Shown here: piece by piece, positions 50,268 to 60,725 of the stretch | How positions within the stretch are numbered: position 1 is the stretch's first letter | Layout: each line of letters opens with the position of its first letter | NCBI GenBank assembly: GCA_002450835.1 | Contig: DKAM01000030.1 | Location: forward strand, 153,331 to 217,330 | Direction of reading: 5' to 3' | Length of the DNA stretch: 64,000 nt | Origin: Dehalococcoidia bacterium UBA6926 | GTDB lineage: Bacteria; Chloroflexota; Dehalococcoidia; UBA6926 | Position numbers and translations under genes: made by a program | The notes under the pieces: generated by a model | Seen by the model: the letters and a program-made list of their open reading frames with translations, nothing else | Told to the model about the DNA's origin: nothing | The model's database searches: none

Positions 50268-51680
50268 ATGGCCGATAAAAAGAGCTTATTTGAACAAAAA
50301 ATTGAAGATACCTTAATCAATACTGGAATCGATTTCAAGGGCGCTATATTAGTGTTAGGAATTTCAGGAGGCCCCGACTCAACTGCGCTGTTGGTTTCTC
50401 TTATGAAACTACAAAAGACGTTTAGTTTCGTTCTAAAAGTTGCCTACATAGACCACGGGTTACGAGAAGAAGCCAAAAATGAAGAAGATTTTGTTAGAGC
50501 ACTAAGTGATAAATTTAACCTAGCGTTCGAATCAGTAAAAGTAGATACTCTCGAATACCAAAAAAAGCATAAATTATCTCAAGAGGAGTCAGCAAGACAC
50601 TTGAGGTATAAAGCATTATCCGAGATGAGTAAAAAATTGAACTCTCATCATATTTTAGTAGGCCATACAAGAGATGATCAGTTAGAAACAATATTAATGA
50701 ACTTGATGAGAGGCACAGGGCTAGAAGGTCTAACAGGTATGAATATTGTAGCTAAACTTCCGCCTTTATTGAATTTTGACACTGAAAACGAAATTTCAAT
50801 TATTAGACCAATGCTGGACATCAGCAAAACCGAAATTACTGCATACATTAAAGAAATGAATTTGACGCCTTTAATTGATGAAAGCAATAATTCACCAAAA
50901 TATTCTAGAAACCGAGTACGAAACGAACTTATCCCACTCTTGGAAGAAATTCGAACCGGGAGCAAAGATACAATTCTGCGAACAGTTAAAACAATAAGGC
51001 TATTGACTACTTATTTAGACCAAACAGTATCGGAATCATTAAAGCAATGTGTACGTCATAAAACCAATGACCGTATTCATCTCGATAGGCAGCTTCTCGC
51101 AACATACCATCCTAGTATTCAAATACAAATATTTCGTTCTGTAATTAATCGCCTTCTAGAATCGACTGCGGGCATGCTTGCGATCCATTGGGAATCAATG
51201 CAAAAGCTAACCAACGACGGAACACCAGGAACTTACCTGGAATTACCAAATAACCTGTACTTTAACATTACAAAAAACGATGTCGTATTATCGATAGGGC
51301 CTTGGCTTTGCCCTTTACCAGAAATATCAGACCAAATTATATTGAGAAATGGTACCACTATTGCCGGAGGATGGTTATTCGAGGCGACCGAGAAAAAAGA
51401 TTCCATTTATATAGAAGCACAGAAATCTGGAGCGGGAGATAAAAATCCTGTTACAGAATTAAACGGTCCACTTGAAGTCAATTTGAAAGTTGGGGAAATG
51501 ACTCTCGCTGTAAGAAAACGGGATGTTGGAGATAAAATACAGATCAAAAATGGGCACAAGAAATTAAAAAGTTTACTTAACGAAGCAGAAGTACCTAAAC
51601 ATTGGCGGGATAATATCCCAATTGTATATGAAAAAGAAACCGGGAACATTGTTTGGGTAGTAGGAGTTCGGCAAGTATAA
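50268..51680 (+). CDS. tilS: tRNA(Ile)-lysidine synthetase
   Basis: PP-loop 'GISGGPDSTAL'. 470 aa with a C-terminal TilS domain. Confidence 0.85.
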   Translation: MADKKSLFEQKIEDTLINTGIDFKGAILVLGISGGPDSTALLVSLMKLQKTFSFVLKVAYIDHGLREEAKNEEDFVRALSDKFNLAFESVKVDTLEYQKKHKLSQEESARHLRYKALSEMSKKLNSHHILVGHTRDDQLETILMNLMRGTGLEGLTGMNIVAKLPPLLNFDTENEISIIRPMLDISKTEITAYIKEMNLTPLIDESNNSPKYSRNRVRNELIPLLEEIRTGSKDTILRTVKTIRLLTTYLDQTVSESLKQCVRHKTNDRIHLDRQLLATYHPSIQIQIFRSVINRLLESTAGMLAIHWESMQKLTNDGTPGTYLELPNNLYFNITKNDVVLSIGPWLCPLPEISDQIILRNGTTIAGGWLFEATEKKDSIYIEAQKSGAGDKNPVTELNGPLEVNLKVGEMTLAVRKRDVGDKIQIKNGHKKLKSLLNEAEVPKHWRDNIPIVYEKETGNIVWVVGVRQV

Positions 51681-51726
51681 ACCCCGGACATTAGCTTCAG
51701 TACCCTAAATCGAGTATGATTCTCTA

Positions 51727-51987
51727 ATGAGCAACCAAAAGAACACTAATAAACGAAGCATACTGGCAATCATCAAACCAAGTTTTTGGGAGAAATTTAG
51801 GGTTCCTGAAAATAATCAACCATCGAATATATCGGTGAATCAAAGAACATCTGGGGCAAAAAGAAAACAGAAAAAAAGTGCCAGTAATAATAATCAATGG
51901 TCAGCATGGCAAATATTCAGTGCTGGCGTAATGATTTTCTTAGGTTTAGCATTAATATTAAGCACGATACTTCCATACCTTGCTTAA
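51727..51987 (+). CDS. Hypothetical small protein with C-terminal TM anchor
   Basis: 86-aa ORF with a basic, polar N-terminal region then one TM helix. Weak call. Confidence 0.3.
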   Translation: MSNQKNTNKRSILAIIKPSFWEKFRVPENNQPSNISVNQRTSGAKRKQKKSASNNNQWSAWQIFSAGVMIFLGLALILSTILPYLA

Positions 51988-52002
51988 GGCCAATCAAACA
52001 AT

Positions 52003-53565
52003 TTAATGCCTAAAGTGGCGGACTCCCGTCAAAATCATAGATGCACCCTTATTATTAGCAGCCTGTATAATTTCTTCATCTCTGATCGACCCTCCCGGTT
52101 GAACAACTGATTTAATACCTGCATCCAAAGCTATCTCCAAGCCGTCGGCAAACGGGAAAAAGGCATCAGATGCTAGAACCCCTCCTTGCACCCCATCAGA
52201 ACCAGCTTTATCAATCGCTAATTGGACACTAATAACCCTGTTAGGTTGCCCGGCACCCATACCCCTGATTGATCGGTCCTTTACAACAATAATCGCATTA
52301 GATTTCACATGCCTTATGGCTTTCCATGCAAATTTCAAGTCTTCAAGTTGATTTTCATTGGGTTGCTCTTCTGTAACAACTGTCCACTCTCCCTCATTTA
52401 ATGAATCTGAGGTTTGAACCAAAAATGCATCTCTAATACTTCTAATATCGATTGCATTCTTTTGAAGCACCGGCGGCCCCATCTCAAGCAGTCGGAGGTT
52501 TTTTTTCTTTTTTAAAATATTTAACGCTTCATCATCAAAGCCAGGCGCAAGAACAATTTCATAGAAGCTTTCATAGATTTTTGTTGCTGTTGCTGTATCG
52601 ATGTTTTTATTAGAAGCAATAATCCCACCGAACGCGGAAATTGTGTCTCCTTCCAATGCAGCATTAAATGCATCTTCGAGTTTCTTTCTTGAAGCAAGTC
52701 CACAAGGGTTGCCATGTTTAATAATTGCAACGGTCGGTTCTTCGGGAAAATCACAAACTATATTCCATGCTGCATCTGAATCTAAAATATTATTGAACGA
52801 TAGTTCTAATCCATTTAATTGTTTCGCGCTGCTTATCCCCTTCGGAATAGATCCTATTGGAAGAGTTTCGTATAAAGCAGCTTTTTGATGAGGGTTCTCA
52901 CCATACCTCAAACTGTTTTTTTTCTTCACTGGAATCACAATTTGATCTGATAAATCATCCTCGAGGTCTATGAGCCCTGCAGAACCCATATCGATCCCCA
53001 AATACTTGGCAATCGCGGCATCATATAAAGAAACGTGCTGGAAAGCCTTCCTAGCTAAACGGCGTCTTTCAGATAAAGGAACAATTCCACTACGTAAATT
53101 ATTTACAACTCCTTCGTAGTCCTCTGGATCAACAATCACCAATACTGAGGGGAAATTTTTTGCTGCTGCTCTCAATAAAGTGACTCCTCCGATGTCTATC
53201 TGTTCCAGCGCTTCATTAAGCTTCAGTTCTTTATTAGTGATCGACTCGACAAATGGATATAGATTTACTGCAACCAAATCGATAGTTTCAATCGCATGCT
53301 CTTCAAGATCATTTGCGTCATCAGGGTTACCTCTTCGGGCCAATATTCCACCATATATAAGGGGATGCAAAGTCTTAACTCGCCCACCAAGTATTTCAGG
53401 AAAACCCGTCAAGTCTTCTACGGCACTTATCTCTCGACCTGGCTTATTCAAAAAATCCCGGGTACCACCAGTAGAAAAAATTTGCCAGCCTAAATCGACA
53501 AGGTTGCCAGCAAACCCATCAAGTTTGGATTTGTCTGAAACACTTATCAGCGCTCTTAATGTCAT
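52003..53565 (-). CDS. purH: Bifunctional AICAR transformylase / IMP cyclohydrolase
   Basis: N-terminal MGS-like 'ALISVSDK' and a C-terminal AICARFT domain. 520 aa. Confidence 0.95.
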   Translation of the reverse strand: MTLRALISVSDKSKLDGFAGNLVDLGWQIFSTGGTRDFLNKPGREISAVEDLTGFPEILGGRVKTLHPLIYGGILARRGNPDDANDLEEHAIETIDLVAVNLYPFVESITNKELKLNEALEQIDIGGVTLLRAAAKNFPSVLVIVDPEDYEGVVNNLRSGIVPLSERRRLARKAFQHVSLYDAAIAKYLGIDMGSAGLIDLEDDLSDQIVIPVKKKNSLRYGENPHQKAALYETLPIGSIPKGISSAKQLNGLELSFNNILDSDAAWNIVCDFPEEPTVAIIKHGNPCGLASRKKLEDAFNAALEGDTISAFGGIIASNKNIDTATATKIYESFYEIVLAPGFDDEALNILKKKKNLRLLEMGPPVLQKNAIDIRSIRDAFLVQTSDSLNEGEWTVVTEEQPNENQLEDLKFAWKAIRHVKSNAIIVVKDRSIRGMGAGQPNRVISVQLAIDKAGSDGVQGGVLASDAFFPFADGLEIALDAGIKSVVQPGGSIRDEEIIQAANNKGASMILTGVRHFRH

Positions 53566-53576
53566 AGAACCATCTC

Positions 53577-54596
53577 CTACAAAAATTCTATCCGTGATTC
53601 TTCCGGTCCTCTATCGGTTACTTCACCAATGGCAAAGGATCCCTTAGACGACGATATTACCGTGTTTAGATCTTCAGGTCGAACAACACCAATCATACCT
53701 ACGCCCATATTGAATACTCGATACATCTCATCAAGATCTAACTGGCCATGATGCTGAATGATATGAAATAGTGCAGGAATTTTCCAACTGTCTTTTCGGA
53801 CAATACATTTTAGGGGTTCAGGAATGATTCTAGGCAAATTTTCCACTATTCCACCCCCTGTAATATGAGACATTCCTTTTAATAATTTACTCATGGGCTT
53901 TAATGTCGAATAATAGGACACATGTTGAGCCATCAACGCCTCACCAAAAGTCATGCCTAATTCACTATATTTAACTTCTAAGGCCTTAGGGCTGTTATCT
54001 AAATCAAAAATGTTACGGACTAAAGAAAATCCGTTGGTATGCAATCCCGACGATGGAAATCCTATTAGAACATCACCAGATACGATCGAAGATCCATCTA
54101 TAAGATTTTCCTTTTCAACTGCACCTACAATGAATCCCGCAATATCAAAATCTCCATCCTTATAAATACCTGGCATTTCCGCGGTCTCCCCGCCTATTAG
54201 CGCGCATCCAGCTATTTTTAAAGCTTTAGACAGTCCTTTGACTATTTCCACAATCTGGTTAGGTTCGATCTTACCTGAAGCAATATAATCCAAAAAGAAC
54301 AATGGATCAGCTCCTTGCACCCATATGTCGTTAATCGAATGATTTGCGAGGTCAACCCCAATACTAGACATCAAATCCATTGCTATCGCGATACGAAGCT
54401 TCGTTCCTACTCCATCCGCACTTGCTACTAATATTGGTGACTGGTAACTATCTAGAGAAAATAAACCGCCAAAACCACCGATATCGCCCAAAACATTCTT
54501 AGTATACGTATCTCGAACAATAGGGCTAATCAATCTGATAACCTCATTACCTGAATCAATATTAACGCCGGACGAACTATAACGGTCGCCATCCAT
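53577..54596 (-). CDS. purM: Phosphoribosylformylglycinamidine cyclo-ligase (AIR synthetase)
   Basis: PurM family. 'GGFGGLF' and 'DGVGTK'. Confidence 0.95.
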   Translation of the reverse strand: MDGDRYSSSGVNIDSGNEVIRLISPIVRDTYTKNVLGDIGGFGGLFSLDSYQSPILVASADGVGTKLRIAIAMDLMSSIGVDLANHSINDIWVQGADPLFFLDYIASGKIEPNQIVEIVKGLSKALKIAGCALIGGETAEMPGIYKDGDFDIAGFIVGAVEKENLIDGSSIVSGDVLIGFPSSGLHTNGFSLVRNIFDLDNSPKALEVKYSELGMTFGEALMAQHVSYYSTLKPMSKLLKGMSHITGGGIVENLPRIIPEPLKCIVRKDSWKIPALFHIIQHHGQLDLDEMYRVFNMGVGMIGVVRPEDLNTVISSSKGSFAIGEVTDRGPEESRIEFL

Positions 54597-54601
54597 CCTG
54601 A

Positions 54602-56011
54602 TTAACCTTTCTTTTCTTCACGATCCAATACAAATTTATCCAGTTCAAGTTGAACCGGAATTGGGTAATCACCAGTAAAGCACGCATCACAATATCTATC
54701 TGGTTGCCCGCCAACTGCTTCACGTAGAAGGTTTATATCAAGGTATTCCAAACTATCTGCTCCAAGCTTATCGCGTATTTCATCAATGGTATTATTCGAG
54801 GCTATCAACTCGGCCCGGCTGGGCATATCTATACCATAATGGCAAGGATATTTTATTGGAGGCGCGCAAACACGAACGTGAACCTTTAGAGCTCCTGATT
54901 CTCTTAACAACTTTACAACCTCGGGAGTAGTCGTCCCTCTAACTATACTGTCATCAATAAGAACTATATTTCTACCTCTTATATTTTCAACCAAAGGAGT
55001 AAATTTAGCCCTTACACCTTCGTCTCGTAACTCTTGGGTTGGTTTGATAAATGTCCTACCTACATTTCTATTCTTGATAAGGGTATCTTCAAAAATAATT
55101 CCAGATTCACGAGCATATCCTACCGCCGCGGGGATGGCCGAATCTGGTATTGCGGTGACTAAATCGGCCTTTATGGGAGACTGTCGAAATAGTGCGGCAC
55201 CCATAGACTCTCTACTTGTGTAGACTCGATTCCCATCTAATATTGAGTCTGGCCTCGCAAAATAAATATTCTCAAAAATACAGAATTTCGATGTATCCGA
55301 CTGACTAGGTGTGGAATGAATTCCCTCTAAATCTAAACGAACTATTTCTCCAGGGTTTATATCTCGTTCCAGCAAAGCGCCGACATTATCGAGTGCACAA
55401 GTTTCGGATGCAACAATCCAACCTTGTCCCAGTACTCCAAAACAAAGGGGCCGAAATCCCAGTGGATCCCTGACCGCATAAATGGCATCTTTCGTTAATA
55501 TCGTTAAACTATAAGACCCTTTAGCTTTAATCATGAAAGTTTTAATCCTAGATTCCCAGGTGTCTCCATTGATATACGCAAGAAGAACGGCTGCAACTTC
55601 GGAATCTGTCGTAGTAGAAAAGGTTGCCCCCAATTCCTCTAATTCGTTTCTAAGATCTAAACTGTTGACGATATTACCGTTATGGGCAACAAAAATATCC
55701 CCGTTAGGGCCTGAGGCATGAACCGGTTGGGCGTTCTCTATTGAGGAGATCCCTGTTGTAGAGTATCTTGTATGGCCTATAGCCATAGGTCCGGGTAGAT
55801 TTCGTAGGTTGTTTTCATCAAATACACCTGATACAAGGCCGTTCCCTGTATGTACATGCTCTATACCGCCTTCTGATATAGTCGCAATACCAGCACTCTC
55901 CTGACCTCTGTGTTGAAGAGAGAAAATTCCGAAAAATGCCACTCTCGCAGCATCACCGGTAGGTGAAAATACTCCTACCACTCCACACGCATCATTAATT
56001 TGATTTCCCAT
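54602..56011 (-). CDS. purF: Amidophosphoribosyltransferase
   Basis: The N-terminal nucleophile 'CGVVGV' follows a short propeptide. A PRTase domain is present. Confidence 0.95.
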   Translation of the reverse strand: MGNQINDACGVVGVFSPTGDAARVAFFGIFSLQHRGQESAGIATISEGGIEHVHTGNGLVSGVFDENNLRNLPGPMAIGHTRYSTTGISSIENAQPVHASGPNGDIFVAHNGNIVNSLDLRNELEELGATFSTTTDSEVAAVLLAYINGDTWESRIKTFMIKAKGSYSLTILTKDAIYAVRDPLGFRPLCFGVLGQGWIVASETCALDNVGALLERDINPGEIVRLDLEGIHSTPSQSDTSKFCIFENIYFARPDSILDGNRVYTSRESMGAALFRQSPIKADLVTAIPDSAIPAAVGYARESGIIFEDTLIKNRNVGRTFIKPTQELRDEGVRAKFTPLVENIRGRNIVLIDDSIVRGTTTPEVVKLLRESGALKVHVRVCAPPIKYPCHYGIDMPSRAELIASNNTIDEIRDKLGADSLEYLDINLLREAVGGQPDRYCDACFTGDYPIPVQLELDKFVLDREEKKG

Positions 56012-56138
56012 TTGATCCTTTCAAGAATAACCCCGCCCAATTAACTATTCTAAAAAACCAAACATTCCTCTAGGTAAAAGGTTATTATATACGTCTGAGG
56101 GATGGAAAAGATAATAATAATATGGAACTTTTAGCTTT

Positions 56139-57002
56139 ATGGAGGCTACTACAATGAATATTTCGAACGCTTCAGAACACTTTATTGAAGTAAATGGGGT
56201 AAACCTAAGATATTTTTCTTGGGGATCTGAATCAAACCCTAAAATGATTTGCCTGCACGGGCATACAGGGCAAGCTCATATATGGGACAAATTCGCACAA
56301 GAAATGTCTGAGAATTACCATGTCCTTGCTTTCGATCAACGCGGGCACGGCGGAAGTTCATATGCTGCAGACGGTTATGATAGGGACAAGTTTGTTAACG
56401 ACCTCGATGCAATTATAGAAACCCTAAAAATCGATCGGGTAACTTTAGTTGGACTATCAATGGGGGGATGGCATTCTATTTTATATACGTCCGAATTCCA
56501 CCCGGAAAAAGTCGAAAAAATAGTTATAGTAGATATTGGGCCAGAATCAAGCGAAGAGTTTAAGAAATCATTTGAAGACAATGGTGTACGTGTAGAACCA
56601 AAAATCAAGTTTGAATCCTTTGAAGAAGCTTTCAATGAAGCACGATCAAATAACCCTTGGGTTTCAAATGAGAACCTAACGCAAGATCTAAATAATCGCT
56701 TGAATCAAAATAAAGATGGTACTTGGCAATGGAAGGCAGACCCTAACTTAATTATTCCACCGCTAAAAGATGGAACGGACGAAAATCTCATTAGAAGATA
56801 TTGGGAAGGGTTAGCTAAAATCAATTGTCCGATATTGGAAATTCAAGGCATGGAAAGCACTCTCTTAAGTTCAGAACTTAAAGAAAAAATGATCGCCGCC
56901 GCACAAAACCTTACCTGGATTGAAATTCCTAATGCCGGCCACGTCGTAACCGTTGATCAACCGGAGCTATTTATAGAAGCTACTAGAGAATTTTTGAGCT
57001 AA
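56139..57002 (+). CDS. Alpha/beta-fold hydrolase
   Basis: 'HGHTG', the nucleophile elbow 'GLSMGG' and a C-terminal 'GH' motif. Confidence 0.75.
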   Translation: MEATTMNISNASEHFIEVNGVNLRYFSWGSESNPKMICLHGHTGQAHIWDKFAQEMSENYHVLAFDQRGHGGSSYAADGYDRDKFVNDLDAIIETLKIDRVTLVGLSMGGWHSILYTSEFHPEKVEKIVIVDIGPESSEEFKKSFEDNGVRVEPKIKFESFEEAFNEARSNNPWVSNENLTQDLNNRLNQNKDGTWQWKADPNLIIPPLKDGTDENLIRRYWEGLAKINCPILEIQGMESTLLSSELKEKMIAAAQNLTWIEIPNAGHVVTVDQPELFIEATREFLS

Positions 57003-57009
57003 ACCGCTT

Positions 57010-58233
57010 GTGACTAAAACAAGATCGAAGTCGATTTGGAGAATTAATCAAGAAGTTCTAATAGTGATGCTTGGGTTTTTGTTAATGACGCTTAGCGCAG
57101 GTTCCGCGTTTTATGCGTTCGGTTTGTTCATAATACCTTTCGAAGATAGTTTTAGTTGGCAACGGAGTGAAATTAGCGGCGCTATCGCTATCCATTTTCT
57201 TGCGGCTGCAATTTGCGGACCAATTGCGGGAAAATTAATGGATAGTTATTCGAGCAAGATATTAATAATCACGGGCTTATTTATATCAAGTATCTCGTAT
57301 TTAATCCTCCCACAAATATTTTCTTTAATACATCTGTATGTTCTATGGGGCGCCCTAGGTGTGGGAAACGCGTTCGCAGGAGTGGTTCCCGTCGGCGTGT
57401 TAATCTCCAGATATTTTAATAATAATCGTGGGGTTGCTATGGGCATAGCCATGAGTGGCATAGCTTTCGGTGGACTGGTGATGACACCGATCCTTGGATA
57501 CTCTATCCAGCAAATTGATTGGGCGCCAACCGCAATTCTTTTGGGATTAACATTGCTTATTCTGCCAGTTCCTTTCGTATATTTTATTGTTAAGGATCAT
57601 CGGATAGAAAAATTTGGCGATGTAGAACCTACGAAAAAAACCATCTTAGACAAAATACCAAGCGCTATGAAAACTCCGTCATATTGGCTTGCGGGCGCAG
57701 CTTTCCTATTAGGTTCAGCTGCTACCGTGGGAGTAATACAGCACCAAGCTTCTTTCTTAAGAGATTATGCAATGAGTCCAACTATTGCTGCACTAGGAGT
57801 AGGAATTACTGCGGGCATAGGAGGTATAGGTAAATTAGCCTTTGGATATATCTCCGATCGAGTCCCCGTGAGATATGCGTCTTTACTATCTTTTGGATCT
57901 AACATTATTGCCTTAACTCTTTTGTTAACAAGTCAAGCCACAACGGCACTTTGGCTTTATGTTATTTTCTTTGGACTCGGCATGGGAGCGATAGTCGTCC
58001 TGGTACCGCTTATAGTTGGAGAATTATTTGGAGACGAATCTTTTGGCACTACATATGGCAGTATAAGTATGGTACAGGGTCTTGGCTTAGCCCTAGGCCC
58101 ATGGGCCGTTGGTATTATCTTTGATTTGCACGATTCCTATATATTTGCCTTTCAAAGTGCGATAGGTATGTACATAGTCGCGACTATAATGATATTTATG
58201 ACTAAACCAATGCAGCAAATAAATTCTGAATAA
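57010..58233 (+). CDS. MFS transporter
   Basis: 12-TM profile. 407 aa. Confidence 0.8.
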   Translation: MTKTRSKSIWRINQEVLIVMLGFLLMTLSAGSAFYAFGLFIIPFEDSFSWQRSEISGAIAIHFLAAAICGPIAGKLMDSYSSKILIITGLFISSISYLILPQIFSLIHLYVLWGALGVGNAFAGVVPVGVLISRYFNNNRGVAMGIAMSGIAFGGLVMTPILGYSIQQIDWAPTAILLGLTLLILPVPFVYFIVKDHRIEKFGDVEPTKKTILDKIPSAMKTPSYWLAGAAFLLGSAATVGVIQHQASFLRDYAMSPTIAALGVGITAGIGGIGKLAFGYISDRVPVRYASLLSFGSNIIALTLLLTSQATTALWLYVIFFGLGMGAIVVLVPLIVGELFGDESFGTTYGSISMVQGLGLALGPWAVGIIFDLHDSYIFAFQSAIGMYIVATIMIFMTKPMQQINSE

Positions 58234-58324
58234 AATTAGGTCTGCAATGGTTATCGATAAATTATAATGAAAACAGGATTCTTATAATCTTCATCCTGAT
58301 TAAGAAACGTTTACGAAAAACAAC

Positions 58325-58711
58325 TTAATTTGGATGCCATTCATCAGGCCCCTTTTCAATCAAAAGTGGCACTTCTCGCGAGAGTTCCCCATCAACAGAC
58401 ACACGCACTTTAAATAATCCATCATGTTCAGCCTGCAAACCAAGACTCATAAAAAATTGATGGCCTTGAACAGGCAATAGCTGAGCTGTTATAGGCTCGC
58501 TGTGGACTACCTCATTTCCGTTCGGATCTGTGACGCTAATTATAAACGTATGTTCACCTTCACCATGTAATCTACAATAAATAGCAAACTGAAAAGACAT
58601 GGGAAACTGCGGCGCACCCACCGTATCAAATATTCCTATGACATGGGCTCGTCCTCTTTCATCTCTAAAAGCATCCTGCCCTAGTAATAAAGCCGTAACT
58701 TCAGCATCCAC
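58325..58711 (-). CDS. Hypothetical protein
   Basis: 128-aa ORF co-oriented with and 24 bp downstream of the next hypothetical. No known domain. Confidence 0.4.
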   Translation of the reverse strand: MDAEVTALLLGQDAFRDERGRAHVIGIFDTVGAPQFPMSFQFAIYCRLHGEGEHTFIISVTDPNGNEVVHSEPITAQLLPVQGHQFFMSLGLQAEHDGLFKVRVSVDGELSREVPLLIEKGPDEWHPN

Positions 58712-58735
58712 GACTATATTCTCCTCATTAAATGA

Positions 58736-59398
58736 TTATTGTTTTGCACCAGGACACCATTGGTCATGTTCATTTTGTACATCTGCCCAGGTTTCAAAGC
58801 CTACATGGCATTGGAGTAAATGACCACATTTACTGCAATCTCTATGTTCAAATGTCTCAAATGGATCTACATCCGCTCCCATCATAGCCTGGGAAGCTAA
58901 TTCAACCAACGATGATAGTCGATCCACTATCATCGTTTGTAATTCACTTAATTCAATAGGTAGTGACCTTGCCTGAACACCGTCTAGAGTGAACCTCCCA
59001 ACGAGCACTAAATGATCGTGGACTAAAGGGGGTAATACATCTGTTATCGATAAATTCTGACTCTCTCTTGCTACTGAAGGACGCTCTATCAATAATTCAT
59101 CTGCAACCAAAGACACTAAAGCAATATAAAACATGGTAAACACATCATCTACAGAGTCGGTAGATAACTCTTTCATCGAATCGACTCTAAATTGACCATC
59201 CTTTTGATCACTCAGCAAAAATTCATAACTGCGTTTACCAAAATCAGTCAAAACATCAGTTTTGAGATCTTCCAGGAGCGGTATAAAAAGTTGTTCATTC
59301 TCTGTTAAATTATGTGTCTCGCCCAAAAATTGTTGGAAATATCTGCGAGCCCCACTACTAGTAGTTAACTGAGAATCAGATGCGGAATGTGATGTCAT
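58736..59398 (-). CDS. Hypothetical protein with C-terminal Cys/His cluster (HRDCSKCGHLLQCH...WCPG)
   Basis: 220 aa. The C-terminal arrangement of C, C, H, C, H and C suggests a metal-binding module. No confident family. Confidence 0.4.
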   Translation of the reverse strand: MTSHSASDSQLTTSSGARRYFQQFLGETHNLTENEQLFIPLLEDLKTDVLTDFGKRSYEFLLSDQKDGQFRVDSMKELSTDSVDDVFTMFYIALVSLVADELLIERPSVARESQNLSITDVLPPLVHDHLVLVGRFTLDGVQARSLPIELSELQTMIVDRLSSLVELASQAMMGADVDPFETFEHRDCSKCGHLLQCHVGFETWADVQNEHDQWCPGAKQ

Positions 59399-59490
59399 CT
59401 ATATCAATTAGCTCCTTAATAAATTTAATTCTCTCTTTTTCATTCACCAAAGTTTATCATGAGACACGTACGATTTCTTGGCAAATATGT

Positions 59491-60714
59491 TTATTTATCG
59501 CGAATCAAAAGATCATCCCTAGCACCGCCCGTACCTGTCTCAGGTAACAAAACAGAAGCAAAGAATAGGGAAGAGGAAATGGCAAAAATCAATATAAACC
59601 CTGGCAGATAATTATCAGTCACATCAAACAACAAACCTACAATAACGGGAGCTACGAAGCTAGAAGCATTCCCAGCAGTTAACATACCTGCCCAAATAGC
59701 AGATGCCTTTTCGGGAGTAGAGTTTTTCAATTCCATGGGTACGGTGAAAATTGCCGGTTCATACACCCATTGCAAAAAACCAGTTAAGAATACGAATAAA
59801 TATATGAACGGTAAAGCGGTTGAAATAACTGCAGCAAAGGCCGTTATTCCCAGTAAGCCTCCAGAAACCATCAATATAGGCCGTCTTTTACCCAGCCGAG
59901 CGATCAAAAAACCTCCAAACAAGGTTGCAGGCAAACCAGCAAAAGTAAAGATTGAGGTTGTAAAGCCCGCCATGGCAAGATCAAAGCCTCTTTCCGTTAA
60001 ATAGTAAGTAGGAAGCCACGTACTCAAAGCTATGAACTGGGCCCATGGTCCAATCACGGCAGCTGATAGCAACCAGGTCGTTTTGTCTTTAAATACCACA
60101 GATATTTGCTGCAATATAGCTTGTTCCGATTCCCTGGCTAAGCCTTGCTCGGTATTTGAACGGTAAAACAATAGCCAAAGTACTGCACCAAGAATACCTA
60201 AAGCCCCTTCAAAAGATAGCAGTATTTTCCATCCCAACCACTCTGCGACCGGAGCACCGAGAATCAGCCCAACACCCATTGCAGCAGTAAACGCGGACAA
60301 ATTCACAGTATTAATAACGGGAATCTCCTTTTCGGGAGCCCACTGCATTATTACAGTCGCTGAAGTTGGTAATATTATTGCCGCTCCCAGTCCTTGGACA
60401 ATACGAACCAGTACTAATAACTCAAATTGCTCCACAAATACAGTTATTACACCGACCCCTAATATAGCCCACCCAGCTATATAAAATTTATTAAGGCCAA
60501 ATCGGTTCGTTAAGATACTCATTGGAATGCTGGCTATTGTCACGGTTAAAGTCATACTACTTACATATAACCCTGCGTAAGAACTCGAGACACCTAATTC
60601 ATCTACTACTATAGGAAGTACGGGTGAAGGACCTATAAAATTCACGGCCGCGACCAAATGGGCAAAAAGCACCAATGCATATATCGTAAATCTATATCGA
60701 TTATTGTGAATCAT
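59491..60714 (-). CDS. MFS transporter
   Basis: 12-TM profile. 407 aa. Confidence 0.8.
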   Translation of the reverse strand: MIHNNRYRFTIYALVLFAHLVAAVNFIGPSPVLPIVVDELGVSSSYAGLYVSSMTLTVTIASIPMSILTNRFGLNKFYIAGWAILGVGVITVFVEQFELLVLVRIVQGLGAAIILPTSATVIMQWAPEKEIPVINTVNLSAFTAAMGVGLILGAPVAEWLGWKILLSFEGALGILGAVLWLLFYRSNTEQGLARESEQAILQQISVVFKDKTTWLLSAAVIGPWAQFIALSTWLPTYYLTERGFDLAMAGFTTSIFTFAGLPATLFGGFLIARLGKRRPILMVSGGLLGITAFAAVISTALPFIYLFVFLTGFLQWVYEPAIFTVPMELKNSTPEKASAIWAGMLTAGNASSFVAPVIVGLLFDVTDNYLPGFILIFAISSSLFFASVLLPETGTGGARDDLLIRDK

Positions 60715-60725
60715 ATATAGTTATA

